A stretch of DNA of 64,000 nt, taken from an uncultured Verrucomicrobiae bacterium. GTDB taxonomy: Bacteria > Verrucomicrobiota > Verrucomicrobiia > Limisphaerales > Palsa-1400. The stretch covers positions 64,001-128,000 of the forward strand of contig CAVPOM010000003.1 of assembly GCA_963707025.1 (NCBI GenBank), given 5' to 3'. The notes beneath the pieces are model-generated. The model was given only the letters and a program-made list of their open reading frames with translations. It was not told where the DNA came from and did not search any database. A program made the translations under genes and the position numbers. Positions 52,874 to 62,910 of this stretch are shown here, one piece after another; positions within the stretch are counted from its first letter, which is position 1; every line of letters starts with the position of its first letter.

Positions 52874-53137
52874 TTTAACGCAAAGTCCCAGCGCGGCCAG
52901 CCGCAACCAAAGATGAATTGACCACAAAGAACCCAAAGATCGCAAAGAGAAAGCAGCATAAGTTCTTGTCTCTGCGTTCTTTGCAGTGTTATCCACAAGA
53001 ATTGCGCATTTTTGGCAAAATCAAAACCATCCTTCCGAATGACAAATGAGAAATTCTCAATGACAAATTCTCAATTCGGGCTCAACGCTTTGGTTGCGGC
53101 GTCAGCCGCGCTGTGGCTTGGCGACTTTGCGTTGAAA
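52874..53137. repeat. Nested inverted-repeat (MITE-like) structure
   Basis: TTTAACGCAAAGTC / GACTTTGCGTTGAAA outside CAGCGCGGC..GCCGCAACCAAAG / CTTTGGTTGCGGC..GCCGCGCTG, with 9-mer and 7-mer tandem tracts inside. Confidence 0.7.
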
Positions 53138-53501
53138 GGTCTTGCTTCCGTGGTTCAATTCTGCTGGCTGAAGCTCCGCCACCGCGCCAAAATTCCAAAA
53201 CTTTCCGTTGACAGCTTCTGACTTAACCACTACGATTTGCTCAGTGATGAGGAATCGAGCAAAGGGCGGGCGATGCGGAACCGCGGCTGGCCGCGACGCC
53301 GCCGTCTCTCCATCACTCCATTACTCCAGCCTCCTCCAGGTACTCTACCAACTCACTGTACTTTATGACTCCCTGCGCATTTCCTGTCCCCCGTAGCTTT
53401 CAGCGAAGGAGAATGCGCCTTTTTGTGGCAAATAATTTCAAGTGCTGGTCCATGAACACTTTACATCAAATGCGGAGCTTTCCGGTCAAACCAGGTCAAA
53501 C

Positions 53502-55459
53502 GTTGCGCCAGTGAAGTTGGTTGGAACGCGGGTGAAAGTCCCGCCCGTCGAATTAGGCTGTTCACGACGGAACACGACCTCAACAGCGCCGCCGCGAGGC
53601 GGGGTTGGAAGCTGAGGGAGATGAACAGACGGGCCGTAATGAAAATGAACCACATCCAATGAGCCTCGATAAGTTTAGAACCGGAGACAAGCCGAGCCGC
53701 TGTTTGACCGGCGAAGGCCGCAGGGAGGAGGCAGGGCAACAGTCAGAGCCTTCTCAACGCTCCGGCGGGGTCGGCGTGGACGGCACGTCTGGAAGTTCAA
53801 CCAAGGTAAGCTGGGAGAACTCCGGCGGCGGGCGGCCAGCCCAACCGCCCGCGCAAGCTGGCAAGACCAGTCAGGCGAGCGGCCCTGCCGGAGAAGTCGG
53901 AGTTCCTCATAGTAGCGTGGACTTGTTTGCGCTCCAGGCGGATTTCCGCCGGGAGTTGCGCGAGCGAACGCAAAGGGGGAACACTTGCTCAATGCGTGGA
54001 GGCGAAGCGAAGGATGCGGGGATGGCCGGGGCGACCCGGATAGCAACCCCGGAGAAAGTTCGGCAGCTTCAAATCGCGCTCTATCGGAAAGCCAAAGCAG
54101 AGCCGAAGTATCGGTTCTGGAGCCTGTATGGGGAATTGCTGCGCAAGGACGTGCTCGAAACCGCCTTGGCAGCGCAACAGCGCAACGGCGGGGCTGCGGG
54201 AGTGGACGGACAGAGTATGGAGTCCATCACCGCCGACCCGGCCCTGCGCCAGCAATGGCTCGACCGCCTGCAAGCAGAACTCAAAGCCAAGACGTATCGG
54301 GCCAGCCCGGTGCGGCGGGTGATGATTCCCAAGAGCAGCGGAGGGGAACGGCCGTTGGGCATCCCGACGGTCAAGGACCGGGTGGTGCAAACGGCGGTGT
54401 ATCTGGTGCTGATGCCGATCTTGGAGGCGGACTTTCATCCGCGCTCCTACGGCTTTCGGCCCAAACGCCGGGCACACCAAGCCATTGCGGAAATCCAACA
54501 AGCAGTGCAGCAAGGCTACGTGGAAATCATCAACGCGGACCTGACGAAATATTTCGACACGATTCCGCACCGGGAACTGATGAAGGCCGTGGCCCGGCGG
54601 GTCAGCGACGGCAGCGTGCTGCGGCTCCTCAAGAGCTGGCTGCGCGCCCCGGTCGCGGAGGAAGACCAGGACGGCACCAAGCGAGTGATCCCCAACCGGC
54701 GCGGCACGCCGCAAGGCGGGGTCATCTCGCCGCTGCTGGCCAACCTCTACCTCAACCCGCTGGATCACGGGGTGAACGAGAAAACCTCCGGCCAAGCCCG
54801 CATGGTGCGCTACGCCGATGACTTTGTCATCGCGTGCGCGGCGGGGTGCGGCGGAGGGCTGATAGCGCGGCTCAAGAAATGGCTTCGAGCCAAAGGGCTG
54901 ACCCTCAACGAAGTCAAAACCCGAATTGTGAACATTCGCAAGGAAGGGATCAACTTCCTGGGCTTCAACCTGACCTGGCGCAAGTCCTTTGGAGGGCGCG
55001 GCTACCTGCACGTTCAACCCAGCCAGAAAAGCCGGGGGCCCTGCGCGAGAAACTGGGCGGCATCCTCAACCACTGGACGCAGGGGCGTCCGATACAGGAG
55101 GTGGTCAAAGAGGTCAACCAAGTCTTGCGCGGATGGGCGGGCTACTTCCACTACGGCAACAGCGTCTCGGTGATGAACCGGATGAAACACTACAGCCAAA
55201 ACCGTTTTCGGCGCTGGCTGTGGCGCAAACACGGTTGCCGCCGCAGCCTGTGGGAACACTACGTTCCCGAGCAGTTGCACCAGCGTTATGGACTCTATGA
55301 ACTGCCGACCACGGCGAAGTGGAAGGCGGCCCGATGAATGAGTTCGGAGAGCCGAATATGGGAAATCCGTCCGTTCGGTTCGATGAGGGGCGAAGTGGCA
55401 GCGCGAGACTGACAACTGCGGTCAGTTCAATCCGCCTCCTTCCACTTCGCCTACTCTAC
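53502..55459 (+). mobile_element. Group II intron (5' end may be off by 1 nt)
   Basis: Starts GTTGCG. Domain V GAGCCGAATATGGGAAATCCGTCCGTTCGGTTC at 55349-55381. Domain VI ends CCTACTCTAC. Contains an RT ORF. EBS1 GTTTGA at 53702-53707 complements the 5' exon TCAAAC. Confidence 0.9.
54022..55337 (+). CDS. ltrA: Group II intron reverse transcriptase/maturase, no endonuclease domain (frameshift in the G5 run near 55034-55038)
   Basis: GAAGVDG, RPLGIPTVKDRVVQ, SYGFRP, GTPQGGVISPLLANLYL, RYADD and FLGF; X domain LRGWAGYF. Confidence 0.93.
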
Positions 55460-55716
55460 CAGGTCAAACCATATTCATGAACCTTGACCATCCCCAACAC
55501 CCCAAGACGGAAAAGCTCAGTTACTCTATCATTTTACTATAGATTAAGTGTTTCGCGCGCCAAAAAAGCTCCCAATTTTCAGTTAATCTCACTTGAAACA
55601 TGAACAATCCGGCGCGCGCATCAGTCCAAGTCCACAATGGCGAACTGCAGGTTGAACTTTTCGCGTTGGAACGCATTCTTCTCCTGTGAGCGCGCCCCAA
55701 TAACAAACTGAAAGCA

Positions 55717-56559
55717 ATGCTTTACCGCCCCTGCACGAGAAAACTCCGGACGCCCGGGGCGCTGCTCGAGTCTGCCACCGTTCGATGGGATAAACCCCCA
55801 ACCCTCTCCCCACTTCGCGGGGCGGGGGAATTGGCCAAAGGCAAAGGGGCGGCGCCGGGATGCGCCGGCCCGGCCGCGCGGGGGTTCACCCTGATTGAAT
55901 TGCTGGTGGTCATCGCCATCATCGCCATTCTGGCCGCGCTCTTGCTGCCCGCCTTGGGCAAGGCCAAGGACACGGCCGTTCGGACCACTGATGTCAATAA
56001 TATAAAACAGATGGTCCTGGCCCTGACCATGTACGGCAACGACAACCTGGACAACTCGCCCTGGTCCAACTGGCTGGCCGGCGACGCCAGCAACCGCCAG
56101 GGCTGGCTCTACACCATCAATCCCCAGGCCAACGGCCCCGCCCAGTTCGACCCCCGCACCGGCGCGTTGTGGCCGGCCCTGCAAAACAGCAACATGTATT
56201 TCTGCCCGCGGGACAAACTGACCCGCACCTTCAATCTGCGCGGCCAGCAATGCTCCACCTACGTCATGAACGGAGCGGTCAACGGCTATGGCCGGGACAT
56301 CTATCCTCCAGACAAGTTGAGCCAGATGCCGCCGCGCGGCATCGTTTTTTGGGAGCCGGACGAGAATGACATCGCCAACTTCAACGACGGGGCCAGCAGC
56401 CCCAATGAGGGCCTGACCGCCCGCCATGCCATGGGCGGGGTGGATGGAGAATTCGACGGCGCGGCGGCCTTCATCAAACAGACCGACTGGAACAACGGCT
56501 GCGCCCAGCCCGGCGCCAACCAGTTTTGGTGCTACCCCGACAGCCCCGACGGGCGGTGA
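55717..56559 (+). CDS. Prepilin-type N-terminal cleavage/methylation protein with H-X9-DG motif (start uncertain)
   Basis: [23 protein letters not shown] and [13 protein letters not shown]. Confidence 0.88.
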   Translation: MLYRPCTRKLRTPGALLESATVRWDKPPTLSPLRGAGELAKGKGAAPGCAGPAARGFTLIELLVVIAIIAILAALLLPALGKAKDTAVRTTDVNNIKQMVLALTMYGNDNLDNSPWSNWLAGDASNRQGWLYTINPQANGPAQFDPRTGALWPALQNSNMYFCPRDKLTRTFNLRGQQCSTYVMNGAVNGYGRDIYPPDKLSQMPPRGIVFWEPDENDIANFNDGASSPNEGLTARHAMGGVDGEFDGAAAFIKQTDWNNGCAQPGANQFWCYPDSPDGR

Positions 56560-56793
56560 AGGGGAAAGGCTAAAGGCTAAACACCATTGCCGCGAGGGCG
56601 TCTTAATTGCCAATGACAAATTCTCAATCACCAATTTTCAATTCCGAGAAGCGACGAGGCACTACTCCCGGCCGGATATCGAGAATTTTCCATTGAATAT
56701 TTGTTAATGGTAATTGACTGTTTTGATGATTGGTCCAAGGAGAAAAACATTAGGATGAGGCGAACCCAAAAGCCAGGTCAGTGGAAAAGCCCG

Positions 56794-56942
56794 GCCTCAC
56801 CCCGGCCCTCCTCCAGGAGAGGGTGAAACCTCGGCCGCCTTGGCGAAAGGCCAGCGCGGGGATTTGCAGGACTCGCATCTGCGCAAGCCGAGGCGGGCGA
56901 TGTCGGTTCCTTCTCCCAGGGGGAGAAGGTCAGGATGAGGGC
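56794..56942. repeat. CCTCACCCC.GCCCTC-type inverted repeat pair
   Basis: GCCTCACCCCGGCCCTCCTCCAGGAGAGGG … CCTTCTCCCAGGGGGAGAAGGTCAGGATGAGGGC. A related half-copy lies near 55795. Confidence 0.7.
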
Positions 56943-57074
56943 GAGCCACAAAGAATTTTGTCTCACACCGGGGCAAAATTCAATCGCCCGCCAGCTTGTC
57001 AGACCGGGGAGAGTGTGTCAGGTTTCCGTTTTCAGCCGGAAGGCTGAAGACGGAACACTGGAACCCTTTCGGCC

Positions 57075-58004
57075 ATGCTGGCGGCAATCTTAACGACCAT
57101 CTTGTGGGCGGCTTCGGGCGTGTGCGGATCGCGCTCGGCCCGCCTGGTGGGCGGCACGGAAGCCAATTTCTGGCGGCTGGTGATCGCCACCGTGACGCTG
57201 GGCTTGTGGGCGCATTTGTTCGGCCAGGGTCTCGGCGGCGTGTCCTTCCCGTTTTTTTTCCTGAGCGGAATCATTGGGGTGGGCGCGGATGTTTTCCTCT
57301 TTCAAAGCTATCCCCTGCTGGGCGCGCGCTTGACCATCCTCATCATTCAATGCGGCGCGGCTTTAATCGGAGCGGTGGTGGAATGGCTCTGGCAGGACGC
57401 CCGCTTGAGCGGCTGGCAAATCGCCGGCGGCGCCACCATCCTGGCCGGCGTCGCCCTGGCGCTGGCGCCCGGAAAACATCTGACCTCGACCGCCCGGGAA
57501 GTGAGAGCGGGCATGGCCTTGAGCGTTTTGGGCGCTTTTGGCAACGGCCTTGGCGCGGTCTTGAGCCGCAAGGCTTACGCCGTGGCGGAGAAAGCGCAGC
57601 AAAACATTGACGCGCCCACGGCGGCCTATCAACGCCTGGTGGGCGGGCTGTTGGTGGCGGGGATTTGCCTGCTGGCGGTGGCATGGCGCCGCTCGCTCGC
57701 TCCGGTTGCTCCAGCCCCGCCGGCCGGAACTTCGCGCGCGGAGCGGTGGCGGCTGGCTTGGCCCTGGGTTTTGGCCAACGCCGTGTTGGGTCAGACCCTC
57801 GGCGTCAGTTGCTACCAATGGGCCTTGAAAACCACCAAAACCGGCCTGGTGCTGGCCATCGTCTCCACGGTGCCGCTGGTGATCATGCCCTTTTCCAGCG
57901 TGGTGGAAGGCGAGAAGATGACGCGGCGCTCGATTTGCGGCGGCGTCCTGGCGGTGCTTGGGGCCATCGTGCTGGTGACGGTGACGGCCAAAACCGGCAA
58001 CTAG
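57075..58004 (+). CDS. DMT/EamA-family transporter
   Basis: About ten hydrophobic helices arranged in two repeats. Confidence 0.85.
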   Translation: MLAAILTTILWAASGVCGSRSARLVGGTEANFWRLVIATVTLGLWAHLFGQGLGGVSFPFFFLSGIIGVGADVFLFQSYPLLGARLTILIIQCGAALIGAVVEWLWQDARLSGWQIAGGATILAGVALALAPGKHLTSTAREVRAGMALSVLGAFGNGLGAVLSRKAYAVAEKAQQNIDAPTAAYQRLVGGLLVAGICLLAVAWRRSLAPVAPAPPAGTSRAERWRLAWPWVLANAVLGQTLGVSCYQWALKTTKTGLVLAIVSTVPLVIMPFSSVVEGEKMTRRSICGGVLAVLGAIVLVTVTAKTGN

Positions 58005-58056
58005 CCTGACGGCAATGGCTTGGACGAAAGGATGCCAACTTCCATTTATCTGTCTC

Positions 58057-58084
58057 TTGACACATGGCCAATCAAAATTATAGT
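58057..58084 (+). promoter_or_regulatory. Sigma70-like promoter (TTGACA-16 bp-TATAGT)
   Basis: Near-consensus boxes ending 8 nt upstream of the ATG at 58093. Confidence 0.6.
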
Positions 58085-58092
58085 GCCTGAAA

Positions 58093-59331
58093 ATGCATAA
58101 GCATCATCTTGCGGGTCACACGGGGGAAAAGCCCGGCCTCGCCCGCTTGAATTCCCTCAAAGAATTCCACTCCGCCGGGCGCGGTTTTTGGGCCGATGTC
58201 GCCGAAAGCGACTGGAACGACTGGCGCTGGCAACTCAAACACCGCATCACGACCCTGCCACAATTGCAGCGCCTGATGCCGACCCTCACCCCGGAAGAAT
58301 ACGCCGGCACCATGCTGGCCAATACCAAACTGGCGCTGGCCATCACGCCCTATTTCTTTAATCTCATTGACGCGGCCGACGAGAATTGCCCCATCCGCTG
58401 GCAGGTCGTGCCGCGTCTGGCGGAGACCCGGACCGCCCCGTGGGAGATGAGCGACCCCTGCGGGGAAGACACCCATTCGCCCGTGCCGGGATTGGTGCAT
58501 CGCTATCCGGACCGGGTCCTGTTCCTGGTGACCGACCGGTGCGCGGCCTATTGCCGTTACTGCACCCGGTCGCGCCTGGTGAGCAACGCCACCGGTTATG
58601 ATTTCCACCCGGAATTCGACCGGCAGATCGAATACGTCCGCCAAAACCCCGGCGTGCGCGACGTCCTGTTGAGCGGCGGCGATCCCCTGCTGCTCTCCGA
58701 CGAGAAACTGGAAGACCTGCTCAGCCGCCTGCGCGCCATCCCGCATGTGGAATTCCTGCGCATCGGCACGCGCATGCCGGTTTTTCTGCCGCAGCGCATC
58801 ACGCCCGAATTGTGCGCCATGCTCAAGGAATTTCATCCGTTGTTCATCAGCCTCCATTCCAATCATCCGCGGGAACTGACCACCGAAGCGCGCGCGGCCT
58901 GCGCCCGCCTGGCCGATGCCGGCATCCCGCTGGGCAACCAGTCCGTCCTCTTGCGCCACGTCAACGACGATCCGCTGGTCATGCGCGCCCAGGTGCAAAA
59001 ACTGCTGCTCTGCCGGGTCAAGCCCTATTACCTTTACCAGTGCGATTTGATCAGCGGCTCGGCCCATTTGCGGGCCAGCGTGCGCACCGGATTGGAAGTG
59101 ATGGAAAGTTTGCGCGGCCACACCACCGGCTACGCCGTGCCGCAATATGTGATTGACGCACCCGGCGGCGGCGGCAAGGTCCCGATCAACCCCGATTACA
59201 TTGTCCAGCGCACCGCCGAGCGCCTTCTCATCCGCAATTTCGAGGGCAGGCTCTTCGAGTACCCGGAAGCCGCCGACGGCACACCGCTGACCCCGCCGCC
59301 GCGTGAAATCGTGGAGCCGGAACTGGCATAA
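58093..59331 (+). CDS. KamA-family radical SAM protein (lysine 2,3-aminomutase-like)
   Basis: HRYPDRVL, CAAYCRYCTR, LSGGDPL, GNQSVLL and YVIDAPGGGGKVP. Confidence 0.92.
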   Translation: MHKHHLAGHTGEKPGLARLNSLKEFHSAGRGFWADVAESDWNDWRWQLKHRITTLPQLQRLMPTLTPEEYAGTMLANTKLALAITPYFFNLIDAADENCPIRWQVVPRLAETRTAPWEMSDPCGEDTHSPVPGLVHRYPDRVLFLVTDRCAAYCRYCTRSRLVSNATGYDFHPEFDRQIEYVRQNPGVRDVLLSGGDPLLLSDEKLEDLLSRLRAIPHVEFLRIGTRMPVFLPQRITPELCAMLKEFHPLFISLHSNHPRELTTEARAACARLADAGIPLGNQSVLLRHVNDDPLVMRAQVQKLLLCRVKPYYLYQCDLISGSAHLRASVRTGLEVMESLRGHTTGYAVPQYVIDAPGGGGKVPINPDYIVQRTAERLLIRNFEGRLFEYPEAADGTPLTPPPREIVEPELA

Positions 59332-59350
59332 AAACTCCTCTCCCTAAATT

Positions 59351-59418
59351 GTAGCGGCGGTCTGTGACCGCCGGTGTTTCGGGTTTTTTGTTTTGCGGCG
59401 GTCACAGACCGCCGCTAC
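59351..59418. repeat. GTAG-type REP pair (REPIN) between convergent genes
   Basis: GTAGCGGCGGTCTGTGACCGCCG … CGGCGGTCACAGACCGCCGCTAC. Confidence 0.88.
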
Positions 59419-59430
59419 AGGAGTTTGGTC

Positions 59431-61215
59431 TCACCGGCCGTAGAGCGGGCCGAAGTTGGCGCAGGCGCGGAAATCGGCCCCTTCCCGGTCCGCCGTGCCG
59501 AACCCGTTCCAGGCGGCCGGGCGGAAAATGGCCTCCTCCGCCACGTTGTGCATGTAAACGGGAATGCGCAGCATCGCCGCCAGGCTGATCAGGTCCGCGC
59601 CGCGATGGCCGTAGCACAACGCGCAATGGTTGGCGCCCCAGTGGTTCATCACCGTATAAACGTCCCGGAACGCCCCTGTCCCGGTCGTGCGCGGCGCAAA
59701 CCAGGTCGTCGGCCAGGTCGGATTGGTGCGCTCGTCCAAAATCTGATGCGTCCTGGCCGGCAGCTCCAGCGTTTGCCCCTCGGCGATCTGCAAGGCCGGC
59801 CCAAGCCCTTTGATCAAATTAAGCCGGCAAATCGTCACGGGCATCCCGCCGCGCGTGCGGAAGCGGGTGGACCAGCCGCCCCCCGGAAAGTACTCGGTGA
59901 TGGACGGATGCCAGGTGGTCGCTGTCAAACATCTCTTTATTTCGGCCGGGCTGATTTCCCAGAATGGTTTTAGGGCGGGCCGGCCGCGGCTGGACTGTTC
60001 GCCGGTTCCGTCCAGGGCGGCCGGGCCGGAATTGATCAGGTGGAGAAAGCCGCCGGCGGCCGCGCCCACCGGCTTGCGTCCCGTCACCCGTTGCACCGCG
60101 GCGGGGCTCCAATAGGTCCGCACATCGGCGAAGATCTGCGCCGTATTGGTCAGCAGATAACCCAGCAACATGCCCGCGCCGTTCAAGGCATCGTTCTCTG
60201 TCGCCACGATGTAAGGGGCGCGCGCGCCATTCCAGTCGAAGGAGGTGTTGAGAATGGCCTCCAGAAAATCGCCGTTGGGCAGGTGATCGGTCCATTGGCG
60301 CTGGCCCTGGAAGCCGGCGGCGATGGCGTTGTGGCCAAGGGCTTCCTCGCCGCGGCCCAGCGCGGCCAGGCGCGGATTTCCCGCCATTAGATCGCGCGCC
60401 ACCAGCGCCATTTTCACGGAGATCTCCCATTCCCGGTCCAACTGGGCGCGCGGCCGGCGCGTTTTTGGGGAATTGTAATCCTTGCCCTCGCGGCAATTCG
60501 TTTTCACCCACTTCATCGCTCTGTCGAACTCGGACCGGTCGTAAATTCCCCGCTCCATGCGCCGGATGAATTCGCTCATGTCCACCGACTCCACTCTCAT
60601 CCCCAGGTAATTCTCGAAAAAAGCAACATCCACCATCGAGCCGGCAATGCCCATGGAAACGCCCCCCATGCCCAGGTAGGACTTGCCCCGCATCATCGCC
60701 ACGGCCAGTCCGGCCCGGCAAAAGCGCAGGATTTTTTCCCGCACGTCCTCCGGGATGCTTTGGTCCGCCGCGTCCTGTACGTCGCGGCCGTAAATGCCGA
60801 AGGCCGGCAGCCCTTTCTGCGCGTGCCCGGCCAGCACCGCCGCCAGATAAACCGCCCCCGGCCGTTCTGTGCCGTTAAATCCCCAGACCGCCTTGGGCAG
60901 GGTGGCGTTCATGTCCATCGTCTCGCTGCCGTAACACCAGCAAGGGGTGACCGTCAGCGAAACCTCCGCGCCGGCCCGCGCAAATTTCTCCGCGCAGGCG
61001 GCCGCCTCCGCCACCCCGCCGATGCAGCCGTCGGCGATCACACATTGGACCGGTCGCCCGTCGGGATACCGCAAATTGGCGCTGATCAAATCGCTCACGC
61101 GCCGCGCCAGGCCCATCGTTTGCGCCTCCAGCGATTCGCGCACTCCGCCCAAGCGCCCGTCAATGGCGGGGCGCAGTCCAATTTTCGGCAGATTTTTAAA
61201 AAGAGGGTGTTCCAT
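59431..61215 (-). CDS. fucI: L-fucose isomerase
   Basis: [46 protein letters not shown] and [12 protein letters not shown]. Confidence 0.96.
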   Translation of the reverse strand: MEHPLFKNLPKIGLRPAIDGRLGGVRESLEAQTMGLARRVSDLISANLRYPDGRPVQCVIADGCIGGVAEAAACAEKFARAGAEVSLTVTPCWCYGSETMDMNATLPKAVWGFNGTERPGAVYLAAVLAGHAQKGLPAFGIYGRDVQDAADQSIPEDVREKILRFCRAGLAVAMMRGKSYLGMGGVSMGIAGSMVDVAFFENYLGMRVESVDMSEFIRRMERGIYDRSEFDRAMKWVKTNCREGKDYNSPKTRRPRAQLDREWEISVKMALVARDLMAGNPRLAALGRGEEALGHNAIAAGFQGQRQWTDHLPNGDFLEAILNTSFDWNGARAPYIVATENDALNGAGMLLGYLLTNTAQIFADVRTYWSPAAVQRVTGRKPVGAAAGGFLHLINSGPAALDGTGEQSSRGRPALKPFWEISPAEIKRCLTATTWHPSITEYFPGGGWSTRFRTRGGMPVTICRLNLIKGLGPALQIAEGQTLELPARTHQILDERTNPTWPTTWFAPRTTGTGAFRDVYTVMNHWGANHCALCYGHRGADLISLAAMLRIPVYMHNVAEEAIFRPAAWNGFGTADREGADFRACANFGPLYGR

Positions 61216-61290
61216 AGTATTTTCCTGTTTGATTTTGTATCCCCTCCCTGAAGTGGTCAACAAGGGAAAATTCCGGCAGCGTTCTAATTC

Positions 61291-61380
61291 GATTGTTGTA
61301 GTGTCGGCGCCCTGTCCGCCGTAGGTTTGGCGAAGGGGGATGCGCGCCGATTTCGAGCCGCAGGCTCGACGCTGCAACAA
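61291..61380. repeat. REP-like element carrying a 29-nt palindromic insertion (61313-61341)
   Basis: Its reverse complement aligns with 5275-5331 except for the insert TGTCCGCCGTAGGTTTGGCGAAGGGGGAT. Confidence 0.65.
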
Positions 61381-61611
61381 ATTAGGACGCCGCCGGAACT
61401 CGCGCCGCAATGCGTCCGTCATGGTTGGGAAGACGGGTCCCGAATTATCGAGACCCGCCGCAGGACGGTAGTGCGGCCTGGCGCCTCTGCAAATCTAAGA
61501 AGGCGGGCGGAGAATACTGCCGCTCCGCTTCAACCCCGCCGGTTGGCTCCGTGGATCAATGTCCATCAGAATGAAAATGGGCTCCCCCCACATTTCTCAT
61601 ACGAGTCCAGA

Positions 61612-62439
61612 TCACGCTCCGGGCTGATGGCCATCCGGCTGAAAAGTGCTCCACCAGAGGTGGGTTTTGCCGCCCGGTCCCGGCCCTGCACCGGAAGGAA
61701 TATTTGAATCTTTGGCAAAGTTTGTGGACGAGATGAACTCAACGCCGCCATCCAGCCGCATGATGTTCCCGCCCGTCTTGTTGTGGAGCAGCCCGATTCC
61801 CTCCTGCCCCTCCGGCGGCGCGGTCGGGAAATTAGCGCCATCGTTAAATTCAAATGCGCCTACGCTGTTGTGGTCATCAGGCTCCCAGAAGAGATAGCAC
61901 ATCGGACTCCAGACTTGGCTTGCCTTGCAACTGACGTACGCGTTGTTGGCGTTGAAGCCACAGGCGGAGCCATCCCAGACATAGCTGCAGAGCTGGTTAT
62001 TGCGTTGCGTGTAGTACTGGCTGAGAATGTCCTTGGGGCAGAGATAGGCCATTTTATTGCCCATATTGACCCATAATGACCCTTCCTGCCAATCCAAGGT
62101 GGGCGCTTGTTGTGGTGGAGTGGTACCAATTTTGGGACAAGCACCCGGGCCGTAAAGCCAGCCCTGTCCGGGGGCGTTGTCCCCATCCCAGTTGCAAAAC
62201 GGCAGCCAATCCTTGTTCTCCGAGGTGTACATGTGTTCGGCGAGGGCCAGTTGATGCTGGTTGTTCATGCATTGCGTGCGAATGGCTTGTTGTTTGGCCA
62301 GCGCCAGTGCCGGCAGCAAAAGCGCGGCCAGGATGGCAATGATTGCGATCACCACCAGCAGTTCAATGAGGGTAAACGCGATGGTTAGCCTTGACGGTTG
62401 GCTGGCTGGAGAGATAGCCGGTGCCTTTGGAGTCTTCAT
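61612..62439 (-). CDS. Prepilin-type N-terminal cleavage/methylation protein (H-X-DG family)
   Basis: [23 protein letters not shown] and [14 protein letters not shown]; paralogous to 55717-56559. Confidence 0.88.
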   Translation of the reverse strand: MKTPKAPAISPASQPSRLTIAFTLIELLVVIAIIAILAALLLPALALAKQQAIRTQCMNNQHQLALAEHMYTSENKDWLPFCNWDGDNAPGQGWLYGPGACPKIGTTPPQQAPTLDWQEGSLWVNMGNKMAYLCPKDILSQYYTQRNNQLCSYVWDGSACGFNANNAYVSCKASQVWSPMCYLFWEPDDHNSVGAFEFNDGANFPTAPPEGQEGIGLLHNKTGGNIMRLDGGVEFISSTNFAKDSNIPSGAGPGPGGKTHLWWSTFQPDGHQPGA

Positions 62440-62910
62440 GGGTCCTTTTTAAACGGTTAAATAGTGAATATGGTTCAATCTACATCAGCATCATGTTTCA
62501 TGTCCAGTCCAATTTTTGCCTCTATTTATACACGCGCCAGAGGGGTGCCGGATTCCGCCAAAAATCTTTGCCGTATTGCGCCCTGAGTGGCAAGGGCGGG
62601 TCCCGCAATATCGGGACCCGCCGCACTGAGGCAGCGCGACGTTGATTCCCCTGCCAATGCCCGGCGGGGGGCATGCGCCGCCGCCAAGGCTGCGGCGCAC
62701 AGGGCGGAGTGCCCGCCCTGCTTGGCCCACCCCTGGCTGACGCATTGCTCTTTGCGCCGGTTGGAGGGGGTGGAGAATACAGAACCGGACGGCTCGAGCC
62801 GCGCTTTGGGGAGCGCGGCGGCCTGATCCCGCAATGCGGGAGGGGAGAGCCGCCATTGTTGGTCCGCGCCTCTTCGCATATCAAGTGTTCTTATGGATAA
62901 ATCCTGATGG

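Noticed and set aside
52989..52997. Perfect DnaA box TTATCCACA as a sign of oriC
   Set aside because: It is a single box inside a repeat element, with no cluster of boxes and no dnaA/dnaN nearby.
53605..55337. RT as a retron, DGR or defence RT
   Set aside because: It has group II RT motifs plus an X domain and lies inside an intron RNA. The ORF-track start at 53605 is intron RNA read in frame; the likely start is 54022.
58093..59331. Functional link between the KamA-like enzyme and the divergent LysRS (EF-P beta-lysylation-like)
   Set aside because: The genes are 53 kb apart, the LysRS keeps its anticodon-binding domain (so it is not EpmA), and there is no efp in the window.
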